Origin: a virus
Reading direction: 5' to 3' (one strand)
Length of the DNA stretch: 64,000 bases
IMG/VR virus record: IMGVR_UViG_3300027896_000001
Location: 32,001 to 96,000 of that record
Shown: piece after piece, positions 48,097 through 60,800 of the stretch
Layout of the letters: each line of letters starts with the position of its first letter
How positions within the stretch are numbered: position 1 is the stretch's first letter
The notes under the pieces: generated by a model
What the model was told of the DNA's origin: nothing
The model's input: only the letters and a program-made list of their open reading frames with translations
Databases searched by the model: none
Position numbers and translations under genes: made by a program

Positions 48097-51000
48097 GCTC
48101 CAATCTTTTTGTCAACCAGTTATTGAATTGGATTGTTTTTCTATACGTTCCTTTTTTTGTTCTTGAAAAACAATTTCTTGAAGTCAACAGCCCTATTAAT
48201 TTGGGAAGTGCTTCAAATATTTTTAACCCCGTACTGGTGCTTTGATCTGTTTTTGCATCAGGTATTGAGACGAGCCGTGTTTGCACTCTTTCAAGATAAT
48301 CATAAAATACCTGTTGAATATGTTTATCTGTAAATTCCTCTTCGTGGACAAGTTCTTCAACGTCGATATATTTACAGATATTCTCCATGAAAGACATATC
48401 TCCAAGTTTTTCCTTCTTGTATTTCATTTTAGAATAATCATCCAATCGCATGTTTTTGTGGCAATATAGATAATTAAGAAACTCTACAATGAAATCGATA
48501 TGTTCTTTCTTTACAAATATTTTATTCCAATCATCATCAGGAATTGAATAAACCATAGACGCCACTGATACTGAAAGGCGCACAAGTTTGGCTCTCATTT
48601 CTTGATTTACAAGTTGTGTGGATGAATGATATCTTTGCATCATTTCAATTTGGGCTTCATTGATTTTTTCTTCAAAACCCTCTTCGAAAATAATGTCTTC
48701 CGGCTTTCTTGAATAAACCCACCGTATCAATGTTTGGCACTGAAACTCGGTGAACTCGGTGGCTATTGCTTCATAAGATGCCGAAAATTCTTTTACATCA
48801 ACATCATCTTCCCTTACCACAAACCCAATATCGAATCTTGCAAGTATTTCATCCTTGAAACACAAATCCTTAAGGAACTGTATTCCATATGTCGGACTTT
48901 TAACATCCTCGGATTTCCATGTTCTTTTGTTTGACAACATGATTTTACGAGTTCTTGCAACCATTCGTCCTGAAACAATACCATCGATTGACGCTATTCC
49001 GTCTGATCGGCATCCGGTAAGGTCTGTTAATGTTGATTCGGTTATATTGCTAAGTTCGTCTATTATTACAAGCCCGCCATCATTCATGGGTATTTTTCCC
49101 CATGAAATTCCATTTTTATTATTGAATGAAGTCATGCCGCCAAGCAACCCGGACCTCGTTACCGCGCTGGAACCAATGATGAAATCTCCAATTTTATAAT
49201 GATTATGAAGAAATCTTGACACCATTGTTTTACATGTGCGGGTATCTCCGGCTATGATGGATTCAAGCCATCCTCTAGTTATTGCCGGCAATAATTTTTT
49301 GTTGTGAATTTCCAATGGGGAGAAAAAAGTGAGATCGTTTATAAGGAAAAGCTCACGTCTTCCACTTACACCTGCCGCATTGGCAAAAATATCATGTCGT
49401 CTTTTGATATGTTCTTTAAGTGTTTCATTTGCTTTAGGCCTGAAAACCTGAAGAATTTCATGAGTAGCTTCGTCCATTTTAAAAGTTTCAATGCATGTGG
49501 CTATAGGTTCAGCCTTGTAAATAAATAAAACAGCTTCCTGCCCATCCCACGCCTGAGTTTGAAATGCTTCAAATTTATAAGACCTATTCGGGTAGATATC
49601 ATCTTCTCCGTCCATATAAGCTTCGATATCTATCTGCGCCCCGCCTGTGTTTACAGACTTCTGAGATTCTCCATATTCATTAACATCCTTGGATAGCCGC
49701 ACATGGAGAAGTTTTCCGGGAGGAACCGAACCTTCTCCTATTACAACGGAATTACATCTTGAATTTATTCCGCATAAATCCATCTGTTGTTGTACTTTTT
49801 GTTTATGCGTCACTTCTATTAATCCAAGAATGTCATGTTCCGTTATTTTGATATAACTTCTGTCATTCGTATATTCTTTAGGAATTTCTCTTACAAAATT
49901 AAATGTAAGAGAATGTTCTGTTTCAAAATTTGGCAATGTCGGTAACATGCAATTAGCGCACATTCCCATCTTTTTCTTTTCCATACTGCATCCCATATGA
50001 AGGCATTCTACTACCACTTGTTTGGGATACAATAATGCATTACAGTTAAAATCACTTACAGACGCTATAAGTTCAACAGCCCTTGTTCCTCCATTAGAGA
50101 AATATTTTGGCATTCTGCATTCCTGTATAGTAACTTTAAAAATTTCTTTTTTAGTCCTGTCCAAATTTTGAGTATAAACCATTAATGATTCGACAAGTTT
50201 TTCAAACCTTAATTTTGCCGTATCATTAAAACCGTTCTTTTTCATATAATCAGTAAAATCTTTTTCAATCCTTTTAATTTTTTTCTTATCACCGACAGTG
50301 ATTTCTTTTACCAAGTTAGGATCTAACCCATATGGGTTAGTCTCTGACTTATCCAGATTGACGATTTTGATTTGCTTTGCGTACGGATAGAGGGACTTGG
50401 CGAGTTTGCCGGCGGCGATGATTCCCGCCTCATCTGAATCGAGGCAGATGACAATTTCCTTTCCCATGAATATCTGCCGTGCGCGCTCCTGCCCGAAGAC
50501 CCTGTCGACATCTGTTATTGCTTCAGAACCGAACGTGACACCGTTGATGCCGAAAGCGTTGGCGCAATAGGTATCCGGCTCTCCGCCGAAGAAATAGATA
50601 ACCTGATGTGTAAAATTGTTGATTGGAACCGGGCCGTTTTGATAACCCTTATAGGGATAACTCCATTTGTAATCGGGATTTCCGCGCGGATCGTACGCCT
50701 TGATGTTGATGCAGTCACCTTCCGCATTAATGACGGGGAAGATGAACTTGCCGCGGTCATTGACGCCAAGGCGGTATTTCTTTATTTCTTCAGGAGTGAT
50801 TTTTCTTGTTTCGTACAGATAGGCCAGATCGACAGGACTGTTGAGAAGTTTTTCGACATATCCATCGATTTCCGCTTTCGGAATTGTTATCGCTTGTTTT
50901 GCGAATTCAAGAAGTTCGCCTGATAGTATGTGTCTTTTTCCCGTGCTTTTAAATCTTTCGTTTTGCAGCATTTCGCTAAGCGTGCGAAGTTCCTGGCAGT

Positions 51001-51382
51001 TTTTCTCGTAATCAGGATCAGTTGTTGATGTTGAGAATTTTATCGATGCGCTCGCCGCGATTCCTAGGAAGTCGATAACCCAATCGGTATAACTGTCGCA
51101 ATTTGGTCCTTTAATATTTTCTGTCCAGTAGCTTTGAAGATTTCCTTTTATTCCGCACGCAAAGCAGTGCCACTTCCCCGTCCTGTTGTCCACCGATAGC
51201 GATGGATGAGTATCAACGCCTTTACCATGGGCCTCTCCATTCCAGCAATGGAAATTGCCGTTGGCACCCTTCTTCCACCCCAGCTTTTCATAAAGCTGAT
51301 GATAATGATTCTCCGATAATATTTCCACTGTTGCGAACAATGCCTTTAAATCATCTTTTTTAATTTTATATTTATCTCCCAT
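47996..51382 (-). CDS. Primase-helicase: zinc finger + TOPRIM + MCM-like AAA+ helicase
   Basis: HCWN…H…WHCFAC Zn finger, GGEPD and CLDSDEAG TOPRIM, GDTRTCKT Walker A, TRSGLLGG, IIDELS Walker B, ILARFD Arg finger (MCM LLSRFD). Confidence 0.85.
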   Translation of the reverse strand: MGDKYKIKKDDLKALFATVEILSENHYHQLYEKLGWKKGANGNFHCWNGEAHGKGVDTHPSLSVDNRTGKWHCFACGIKGNLQSYWTENIKGPNCDSYTDWVIDFLGIAASASIKFSTSTTDPDYEKNCQELRTLSEMLQNERFKSTGKRHILSGELLEFAKQAITIPKAEIDGYVEKLLNSPVDLAYLYETRKITPEEIKKYRLGVNDRGKFIFPVINAEGDCINIKAYDPRGNPDYKWSYPYKGYQNGPVPINNFTHQVIYFFGGEPDTYCANAFGINGVTFGSEAITDVDRVFGQERARQIFMGKEIVICLDSDEAGIIAAGKLAKSLYPYAKQIKIVNLDKSETNPYGLDPNLVKEITVGDKKKIKRIEKDFTDYMKKNGFNDTAKLRFEKLVESLMVYTQNLDRTKKEIFKVTIQECRMPKYFSNGGTRAVELIASVSDFNCNALLYPKQVVVECLHMGCSMEKKKMGMCANCMLPTLPNFETEHSLTFNFVREIPKEYTNDRSYIKITEHDILGLIEVTHKQKVQQQMDLCGINSRCNSVVIGEGSVPPGKLLHVRLSKDVNEYGESQKSVNTGGAQIDIEAYMDGEDDIYPNRSYKFEAFQTQAWDGQEAVLFIYKAEPIATCIETFKMDEATHEILQVFRPKANETLKEHIKRRHDIFANAAGVSGRRELFLINDLTFFSPLEIHNKKLLPAITRGWLESIIAGDTRTCKTMVSRFLHNHYKIGDFIIGSSAVTRSGLLGGMTSFNNKNGISWGKIPMNDGGLVIIDELSNITESTLTDLTGCRSDGIASIDGIVSGRMVARTRKIMLSNKRTWKSEDVKSPTYGIQFLKDLCFKDEILARFDIGFVVREDDVDVKEFSASYEAIATEFTEFQCQTLIRWVYSRKPEDIIFEEGFEEKINEAQIEMMQRYHSSTQLVNQEMRAKLVRLSVSVASMVYSIPDDDWNKIFVKKEHIDFIVEFLNYLYCHKNMRLDDYSKMKYKKEKLGDMSFMENICKYIDVEELVHEEEFTDKHIQQVFYDYLERVQTRLVSIPDAKTDQSTSTGLKIFEALPKLIGLLTSRNCFSRTKKGTYRKTIQFNNWLTKRLELGDNAQTSNILEYSAAQSNAKINQEARKAFGAS

Positions 51383-51401
51383 AATACCTCCTAATAAATA
51401 A

Positions 51402-51431
51402 AAAGACCTTCAGAAATGATCTAAAGGTCTT
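51402..51431 (-). terminator. Intrinsic terminator-like hairpin
   Basis: AAAGACCTT…AAGGTCTTT followed by T-rich sequence on the - strand. Confidence 0.45.
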
Positions 51432-51739
51432 TATGATTTTGCTGGTGCGGGATTTTGTGGTGGAATTTGCGGGCCGACGCCTGATAAAAGATCTTGTTCT
51501 TCTGGTTGTTGGTTTTGTGCAGGATGGTCTGTTTCTTCTGCTCTTATTGTCACCCTTCCATTACTCATTGGGGCTACTTCGATATTTCCATTTCTTTTAG
51601 GGATTACTGTTATTACTGATACAAATCTGTCTTTAATTTTAATTGCTATCTCCGCATTGTTTGAAAAGCCCTCTGACTGATGAATTTGATACTCAATTCC
51701 ATTTGACAACTTGCCTGAAAAAACTATTGTTTCTGCCAT
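51431..51739 (-). CDS. Hypothetical protein
   Basis: 102 aa with AAGGAG RBS. Confidence 0.65.
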   Translation of the reverse strand: MAETIVFSGKLSNGIEYQIHQSEGFSNNAEIAIKIKDRFVSVITVIPKRNGNIEVAPMSNGRVTIRAEETDHPAQNQQPEEQDLLSGVGPQIPPQNPAPAKS

Positions 51740-51880
51740 GAGGTTATCTCCTTTCTTAAACGAATATACAATTCAAAACAATGACTGTCTATAAAAAAGA
51801 AGTTAATAATTCATTTAATTTTTTGCATAACAATTGGTGGTATATTGATTAAAATATACCACCACAAATTGTATTTTTAG

Positions 51881-52141
51881 TTAAACGCTTTTTTTTGTTT
51901 TTTCATTTTTTTTTCTTTCTTTTTCTTTTTCATCATTAAACTCCCTTATCCATTTATTTACCGCCTTTATCACCGTCTTGTCAACTTTCCATAGACGGCC
52001 AAGAAATACACAGCAGGAAACTCCTTCAGGTATTCCGTGAATATTTCTATGTATTCTTTTCCATTCTTCAAATTTTATGGTGGCTCTTCTATAAGAACAC
52101 CATCTCAATGCCTCTTTATTCGTTGAACATAATCTTGTCAA
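51881..52141 (-). CDS. Hypothetical protein
   Basis: 86 aa, overlapping the stop of the upstream gene. Confidence 0.55.
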   Translation of the reverse strand: MTRLCSTNKEALRWCSYRRATIKFEEWKRIHRNIHGIPEGVSCCVFLGRLWKVDKTVIKAVNKWIREFNDEKEKERKKNEKTKKSV

Positions 52142-52497
52142 AAACCACCTCCAGCCCGAATGGAATTACAAACAACTCCGCCGCGCAAGGCGCCCATAAC
52201 ACATTTTCGTCCATAAGCTGGGCATTCCTTGCATTGAGGAATTTGATTAATTTTTATTGATTCTTGTATTTTTTCCATTGCTTCTTTTCTATTAACTCCG
52301 TCAAAAATGTTTATAATCATTGGGTTGTTTAATTTTTTTTCAAATTCTTCTTTTATGCATTTCATCATATAAATAAATTTAGCCCAGTCGTTTTCACTCA
52401 TTGTTAAAGCTGGGGTCAACGAGACAGTCGGAACAGACATGTTTTTTATAATAGCAGCTAATTCTATTGCTTCTTTTTTTAATTCCGTATTGACCAT
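52138..52497 (-). CDS. Hypothetical protein with Cys cluster
   Basis: 119 aa; CKECP…KC…VC; AGGAG RBS. Confidence 0.6.
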   Translation of the reverse strand: MVNTELKKEAIELAAIIKNMSVPTVSLTPALTMSENDWAKFIYMMKCIKEEFEKKLNNPMIINIFDGVNRKEAMEKIQESIKINQIPQCKECPAYGRKCVMGALRGGVVCNSIRAGGGF

Positions 52498-52522
52498 AGT
52501 TTCTCCTGTTTATTTAATGTTT

Positions 52523-53371
52523 TTATTCTTCACTATCTCCTAATATTTGTCCGCCCCCAGTTTCCCCTTCTGCGTCCATTCCAAAAAGAGTTTCTGATAA
52601 TTTTGCTATTAAACTTTTTACTATTTTTGTTGGAATATTGGGATTTTTTCCATCATGCATTCCATCAGGAATTTTATATAAACTATCAACAGGGGATATG
52701 TTCATTTTATAAGCAACACACAAAACAGTAAAGCGTTCCAAATCGTGCGTATTAAAGCATGAATGTGCTGCTAAAATGTGTATTATTTCTGCAGATTTTT
52801 CTTTTACATAATCGTAATAATCAATAAATTTTTTAAATTTTTCGTTGTTTGGATTTTCTATTTTTCCCAATTCTTTTATTATTAATTCAGTCGCAGTTTG
52901 ATATTCATCAATCTGCGCCATTTTCTTTCGATGAGATTCAGGAAAAATGGAAGGATCGATTTTATATTTTTCGATAATCGGAATATGAATATTAAGAAGA
53001 TTTCTTCCTGTTTGTGTGGCTTTAATCATATTTTCCATCATGTCCTTATAAAACCCGTATTCCGCATATCCTATTTTTCTTTTTAATGATTTATTTATGC
53101 ATATTACCATTATACAATCCAGTTTAAAACCATCATTCGAAAGAACGCTTTGATCGTATTTTTCAAAAAAATTAATTCCATAATCTCCTTCAGCCTGGTG
53201 TATGCTTTGTTTTACGGATTTTTTATCAAGCCCTAAAGAATCAGACATTTTATAAAGATCTAATAGAAAATTTTTTACAGAATAATAATAATGTTTTCCT
53301 TCTTTTTTAATATCACTTTCTGTTATTAAAAATCTTTTCTTTTTTCTTGTAAAAAAAGATAATAAATGCAT
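52523..53371 (-). CDS. Hypothetical protein
   Basis: 282-aa ORF. Confidence 0.6.
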   Translation of the reverse strand: MHLLSFFTRKKKRFLITESDIKKEGKHYYYSVKNFLLDLYKMSDSLGLDKKSVKQSIHQAEGDYGINFFEKYDQSVLSNDGFKLDCIMVICINKSLKRKIGYAEYGFYKDMMENMIKATQTGRNLLNIHIPIIEKYKIDPSIFPESHRKKMAQIDEYQTATELIIKELGKIENPNNEKFKKFIDYYDYVKEKSAEIIHILAAHSCFNTHDLERFTVLCVAYKMNISPVDSLYKIPDGMHDGKNPNIPTKIVKSLIAKLSETLFGMDAEGETGGGQILGDSEE

Positions 53372-54000
53372 GGTATTTTCCCTTCAGTTTAGGTGTCGAA
53401 ATTTAATTAAAAATAACACTTTTTATGTTACAAAAAAGATAGGTTTCATCGCTTTTTTGTAAAAAAATAAAATTTTATTAATCGATTAAATTAAGAAACG
53501 CTCTAGTGAAAACTATCATTTCCGTAATTAAGAAATCAAATTACAAAAATGATAGATTTTGCAAAAGCATTTTTTAATTTAAACGTTTAAAAATACTTTT
53601 TGGAAAAATAAAAAAACCATAAAACCTAACATTTTCGTAATTAATATTATTTATTAATAGAATTTTATATCTTATGTTGTATCAAATAATTACAAATTGG
53701 CTTAATTTTTGCTTCGTATATACGTGAAAAATATATACATAACCTGTTAAAAAATCAACATGTTATATATATACATTTTCACGTATATGTGTGTGTTTTT
53801 CTCTTTTGAGTCTTATCTTATTTTTTAAAATATTTTTTTTAAAAGTTCCCTTCGTTTTTTATGTATGAAGTTTCAGAATATTCATTTGTTTTTTTTATTC
53901 AAACCCCAAAAGAGAAAACCTGAATTTTTAATAATTTTAATTTAACGTTTAAGTTACCATAAGACACAAATTAAAATCAATGCTATCACGCGTCCTCCAA
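53372..54000. other. AT-rich non-coding region with inverted and direct repeats; candidate replication origin/control region
   Basis: No ORF; very AT-rich. IR ATATACGTGAAAA…TTTTCACGTATAT (~53719-53789), IR CTATCATTT…AAATGATAG, near-direct repeat CATTT[C/T]CGTAATTAA. Confidence 0.45.
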
Positions 54001-54056
54001 TCTTGAAGCAGGAGCCGCTAGGAAGGCCTCCAGCAGCTCCAGGTGATATTACTCGA

Positions 54057-54593
54057 TCAGGAACCCGCTCCAACATCAACGGCTTCCTGTACCTTCAATT
54101 CGGGCTGTCCGTCAACGTTCGTAATGCTGTGGATTTCCTCGGATCCTTCCGGATTGATATCCACACCTTCACCTGGCTTCAGGACAATCAGGTCGTCCAC
54201 AAACCTGATTCCAGTGTTTTTTCTGAAACCGGTGGCTTCAACAATGATTACAGGCTCGGGCTTATTGTCCATCGGTTCCCACGACCCCGAGGTGGGAATT
54301 TCCGACGCTGTTGATGTGCAAATTCGAAGCAAAATGTTGTTGGTCTTGTGCCGGCACGGTTGTTCAAGCACGACGAACTCGTGTTTGGTTTTTTTAACGA
54401 CAATTTTCTTTGGCTCCGCCTTGATAACCCTGCCACCAACCACCTTAGCGGGGTTGGATTTATTTAGACCAACTTTCCGGCAAACTGAGCCGGCGTCATC
54501 GATCCCTAAAAGTAAGACCTTCCCAAATTTATCGTCATTACTCATCGTTAGCCCTGGAGTGATTTTTCCATGGCAATACTCGAATGTCTTCAT
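54057..54593 (-). CDS. Hypothetical protein
   Basis: 178 aa with AAGGA RBS. Confidence 0.6.
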   Translation of the reverse strand: MKTFEYCHGKITPGLTMSNDDKFGKVLLLGIDDAGSVCRKVGLNKSNPAKVVGGRVIKAEPKKIVVKKTKHEFVVLEQPCRHKTNNILLRICTSTASEIPTSGSWEPMDNKPEPVIIVEATGFRKNTGIRFVDDLIVLKPGEGVDINPEGSEEIHSITNVDGQPELKVQEAVDVGAGS

Positions 54594-54823
54594 GATGTTG
54601 GATCCTTCTGTTAAAGTTGACTAAAAATGATGTTGTGGACTTTTAAAACGCTTCAGCATACCTCCTTTATGCTGGATGAAAAATTAAATTTTATTTTAAA
54701 GTTTTCTTCCAATATTGTTATGTCATATTTTTGCGAATAATATCATGAATTATTCAGGTTGTAATAGAAGATGTTTTAATGCTATATTATATAAGAGATA
54801 TTCTAGCTATAAGGTAAAAAGGC

Positions 54824-57800
54824 ATGCCAACAGAAACCTCCCAAAAAACCCTGGAACAACTCTTGCAAATGCAGCAGGACGCCAGGAATAATCTCATTAT
54901 TAATACCACTGTAAAAGACACAGTTGGACAGATTCTTAATTCTGTCGAGAATGATGACGTAAAACTTAACATTAACAACTTAAGGGTTGTTGAAAAATAT
55001 GATAATAAAAATATTGCTCAGCAGAAAGAAGTAAGAAACAAAGGACAATCGTGGTCAAATGATCTCCGAGGCGATATTCAATTAATAGATAAAAAGACGA
55101 ATAAGGTGGTAGATTCAGTAAAAAATATGAAGGTTGCCGATATACCTAAAATTACCGATCGTGGAACGTTTCTTATAGGCGGTATAGAATATCAATTTAC
55201 GAAACAGGCACGATTAAAACCGGGAGTTTACACAAATAGAAAAAGAAACGGGGAAATAAATTCCTTTTTCAATGTCGATAAAACTGTTGATTTTGAAAGA
55301 GGATTTAATAATAATTTTAAACTGGGCTTTGACCCTGAAAAAAAAGTATTCATGATGACATACGGAACTAAAAATGTTCCGCTGATAAATGCATTAAGAA
55401 CTGTCGGCGTCACGAATAAGGAACTTGAAGATACATGGGGAAAAGATGTTTTCAGCGCAAATTCAAACGCATATGATAAATATCAGGATATAAATCAAAA
55501 CAAATTGTATGAAGCTGTATTTGGAAAACACCCACCCAGAGAACTTAACCATCTTGACGTTTCGAAACAAATTAAGGAAAGATTATTTGCCACAGAACTT
55601 GATCCGAAAGTAACAACAGTAACCCTTGGGAAGCCGTATAAAGAAGTTAATAAAGACGCCATTCTCGACGCTTCTAAAAAAATACTTGATATAAACAGGG
55701 GCGTTGTTGAAAGCGATGACCGGGAGGCACTGATATTTAAATCGTTCCATGATGTCGAAGACCATATAAGAGAAAAGCTTATTAAGGGTTCTGATAAAAT
55801 TATAAATAATATTAAATATAAGCTTGGGAAAAACAGGACGATCAACAAGTCGTTAAGTCCGCAGATGTTTAATTCTTTTACTATTGGGACAATAACAAAT
55901 AGTAGTTTGTCAAACCCCCCATCCCAAACAAACCCTCTTTCGATAATAGGTGAGAGTTCAAAATTCAGCATTATGGGAGAAGGTGGAATTGGATCAATGA
56001 ACGCGGTTACGAATGAGGCCCGGCAGATATCCAACAGCCAAATGGGATTTATTGATCCTCTTCATACACCAGAAGGCCCGGGCATAGGCGTGGCGGTTCA
56101 TACAACGCTTAATACGGTTAAGGTGGGTAATGACATTTATTCAAAATTTTTAGATCCTCACGGAAAAAAGGTAATGCTTTCACCCCTTGATGTCTATAAT
56201 AAAAATCTTGCATTTCCTGATCAATTTACTTTAAAAAATGGAAAACCGATCGCATTATCAGATACGGTAAAAGTTATTAACGCTGGAAAAATGACAGAAG
56301 TCCATAAAGACAAAGTTGATTTTATAGTTCCAAGCGCCATGGGAATGTTTGACACTTCCGCCAATTCAATTCCATTTTTAGATTCTATACAACCTAATCG
56401 TGGCCTTACAGCTTCTAAAATGCAAGAGCAGGCGCTATCATTAAAGCATCGCGATAAGCCATTATTTAAAATACTAAACGACAAGGGAACTCCATTTTCA
56501 GAAACACTTGCCGATGTTATGGCGTTACCAAAATCCCCTGTTGATGGAAAAATTAAAAAAATAGCTCGTGATCATATTATCGTTAAAGACAAGCGTGGAG
56601 ACGATCACAAAATTCATCTTTATAATAATTTTTCCCTTAATACTGAAAGTTTTTTTCATAATGAACCGGTTGTAAAAGAGGGAGATTCCGTAAAAGAAGG
56701 AGATCGACTTGCGGACAATAATTTTACAAAAGATGGACAGTTAGCTCTTGGGGCAAACCTTCGAGTAGCGTATATTCCGTACAGAGGATATAATTACGAA
56801 GACTCTGCCATAATGTCTGAGTCAGCTGCTAAAAAACTAACCTCTCAGCATATTTATGATTTGAAAACAAAACGCACGGCAAAAGGCGTATTTTCTGCAA
56901 ATAAATTCAAAGCTTATTATCCAGAAGAATTGACAGCAAATAATATTAAAAAACTGGATAAGGATGGTATTATTATTCCCGGCCAAACAGTTGAACACGG
57001 CGATATTGTAATAGCACATCTTGAGAAAAAAGTTCCGACAGCCGATGATCTTGCAATAGGGCGACTTGATAAACAACTTAAGCGTGATATGGCTGATCAT
57101 TCAGTTCGATGGGAAAACAATCATGTCGGCGTTGTAACTGATGTAAAAAAACAGGGAAACAGCGTTATAGTAAATATCAAAACAGAAGAACCTCTTAAGG
57201 TGGCTGATAAAATTTCTGGACTTCACGGAAATAAACATATCATATCGAAAATAGTTCCTGATGATCAAATGCCGTTTGATCCTAAAACAGGAAAACACAT
57301 CGAACTTACAATGAGCCCTATCGGAGTATCTGGAAGAATAAACACTTCGCAATTACTTGAAAGCGCAATAGGAAAAATTGCTGAAAAAACCGGGGAACAA
57401 TATCCTATAAGAAATTTTTCCCCTGTAGATAATTCTCGAAAAATTCTTGAAGATTTGAAAAGTGTTGGCTTGTCTGATAAAGACATTCTTGTTGATCCTG
57501 TTACAAAAAAACCTTATAAAAATCCTATAGCCACTGGCGTCGCCCATATACTTAAATTAGAACATAAAGTCGACCATAAATTCTCCGCAAGATATAAAGA
57601 CGGGTATGATTCGAATGAACAACCTGTAACTGGAGGAGAAACCGGAGCAAAAAATTTAGGAAGACTTGAAATAGGAGCGCTTCTTGCAAGAGGCGCCAAT
57701 GAAAATTTAAAAGAAATGTATACTATTAAAGGCCAGCGAAATGATGAATATTGGAAAGCGATGGAAACCGGGCAGTCTCTTCCTCCTCCTAAAAATGCTT

Positions 57801-60800
57801 TTGTTTGGGATAAAATGCTTGCTATGATGCATGGTTCCGGAATAAATGTTCAACAAAAGGGAAAAACATTTACTCTTAAACCAATGACAGATGCAGAAAT
57901 TATAGAAAAATCAAAAGGAGAGCTTTTAAGCCCTACTGACACTTATAGGTTTAAAGATATGGCCCCGATGAAGGAAGGACTTTTTGATCCAGTAAAGGCT
58001 GGAGGAATATTTGGAGAAGATTATACTCATTTTAAACTTCCGGAAAAAACACTTAATCCGATAGCGGCAACCGCAGCGGCAACTCTTATTGATCTGCCAT
58101 TAAAAAGATTAGAAAACATTGTAATAGGAAAACAATTTGTAGATAAAACAACCGGGCAAATAGTGGCTCCTGGAACCCCGAATTCTGTATCAGGTGGTCC
58201 AGCGCTTGAAATTCTTTTAAACTCAATTAAACCTAAAGAGGATTTAAAGCAAGCTATAGAAATGCTTGATAAGGCAAAAAATCCCACCGAAATTAACAGG
58301 CTTAATAAAAAAATAAAATATCTTAAAGCTTTGGAAAAAAATAAGATGAAACCGACGGATTATTTAATACAAAATGTTTTAGTCATTCCGTCAAAATATC
58401 GTCCTGTTTTTACAATGGGCGCAAATGATACCGTGATAACTTCCGATGTAAATGACCTGTATCAGCAAACAGCTCATACAGCAAATGCTTTAAAAGAACT
58501 GAATGCTCAAATTAGTTCAGTCGTCAAGGATGAGGATGTAAAAAATCTTCAACTTGCCGAAGCGCGTGGTCAGATGTATCAGGATTTAAAAGCTGTTTAT
58601 GGCCTTCAGGAACCAACGTCATATCTTAACAGGGTTCATAATAAAAAGGGTTTTGTGATGCAGATAGACGGTGGAGAAAAACAAACCAAAGAAGGATATT
58701 TTCAAGATAAGGTTGTTTCGAGAAAACAGGATATTGTAGGAAGGTCAACCATTATTTTAAATCCTAATCTTGGTGGAGATGAAATTGGAATACCGAAAGA
58801 AATGGCTACAAAAATATTCCAACCCTTCATCATGAAGAAAATGGTATCATGGGGGTATTCTCCTCTTGAGGCCCAAAAACATATCACTGACGAAACGCCA
58901 ATATTTGATAGAGCAAGACAAGTAGTTACGGATGAAAAACTTGTGATAGCTAATAGGGCTCCTTCTCTTCATCGTTGGAACATGACCGCATTTAAACCAA
59001 GATTGGTTGAAGGAAAATCAATCGAAGTTCCAACGGTTGTTGTTCAGAGAAACTTTGGAGGCGATTTTGATGGAGATACATTTCAGATTCATGTTCCTAT
59101 TTCTCCAAAAGCCCAGGCAGAAGCGGAAAGAATGAAACCTTCTGCCAGTATGTTAAAAGTAGGATATGATGAAGTTCTTAACAGGCCATTAAAGGATGTC
59201 ATTACCGGGGCCTGGCTGGTATCAAAAGGAAAAGGCGGAATAGATACCGGATTAAAATTTGATAATCTTAAAGACGCGCAGCAGGCATATAAACAAAATA
59301 AATTTGATCATGGCGATAGCGTCCAAATAGGTAAAATAAAAGCTCCTTATGGAATGCATGAAATAAACAGTGTTGTTCCTGAAGGTGATAAAAAATGGGA
59401 TATTGAACTTAATGACAAAAATACCCAAGGTTGGATAAGAGATATTACAAAAAAACATAATGGAAAATTAGGGCTTGCATTAGCAGATAAAATAAAAGAA
59501 GTTGGAAATAATTATGCCACTGATTTTGGATTTACTCTTGGCGTTTCAGATACGGTTTCTCATAATGATTTAAGAAACGAATTATTAAGAGAAGCTAATA
59601 AAAAAATAGATAAAAAAAATCCGATTACTATATTAAAAGCGTATTCTGATATATTGCAAAAAGGTCATGCAGAATTGGCGAAAAATCTTGGCGAACACAC
59701 AATGGTTGGAATAGGAATAAAATCAGGAGGCGGAAGAGATATAAGCAATACAGCAGCTATTAATTTCATGCCTGGAATAGTGACAGATGCTAATGAAGTT
59801 CCTATTCTTATGCCGATAACAAAATCGTATTCTGAAGGATTAGATACAGTTGGGTATTGGGCAGCTTCTCATGGTGCTCGTGGTGGTAATATAAAAAAAT
59901 CAATATCATCTTCCTTGCCTGGCTGGATGACAAAAGATCTTATGAGTTCTTTATACGAAACAAGAATAGTTTCCGAAGAACCTGCGGATCAAAAAGGAAT
60001 TGAATATTCAGTTGAAGATAAAAAAGGAATCATGAATAGATTTCTTGCAAAAGATGTTAAGACAACCGGAGGAAAAATTATAGCAAAAAGAAATGAAGTT
60101 GTAAGTTCAGATGTTGTTAATAAATTAAATCAACATAAGATAAAAAGTGTATTTGTTCAATCACCTCTTACCGATCCAACACCTGGAGACGGATTTTCAT
60201 CTTATTCGTATGGGACAGATTATAACAATAAACTGCATAATATTGGTGATAATATCGGAATTATGTCTGCCCACACTGTAACCGAACCGGCTTTAAACTG
60301 GGCCATGAAAGCATTTCATACAGGCGGTGCATTAGAACTTAATAAAAAAACAACAGGAACTGTTTTTGATAAATTATGGAATACTTTAAAATTCACACAA
60401 CTTCCAAATAAAGCAACTTTGGCGAGCATGCATGGGGTCGTGGATGGAATTAAAAAATCTTCGATTGGTGGTTGGGACGTGATTCTTAATGATGGAAACA
60501 AACAGGATGTCAGGTATATAAACGCGAACAACGAACCTGTTGTAAAAAAGGGAGACATTGTAAAACCGGGAGATTTTCTTTCGACAGGAGACCCCTCTCC
60601 TCATGATATACTTAAATATAAAGGAATGCCCGAAACACAAAAATTTCTTGTTGATCATATAAATGAAATAGTTGATAAGAAACTGGATAAAAGAGATATT
60701 GAAACGATGGTGCGAGGGCTTACAAATACGACCAGAATTCTTGATCCTGGTTCACATCCGAATTTTGTAAAAGGTGATACTGCATCCCTTACAATGATTG

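Noticed and set aside
21605-60640. Other CGAAACA occurrences (~21610, ~28612, ~55563, ~60632) as extra array units
   Set aside because: They lie inside coding sequence and lack the flanking hairpin and terminal inverted repeats.
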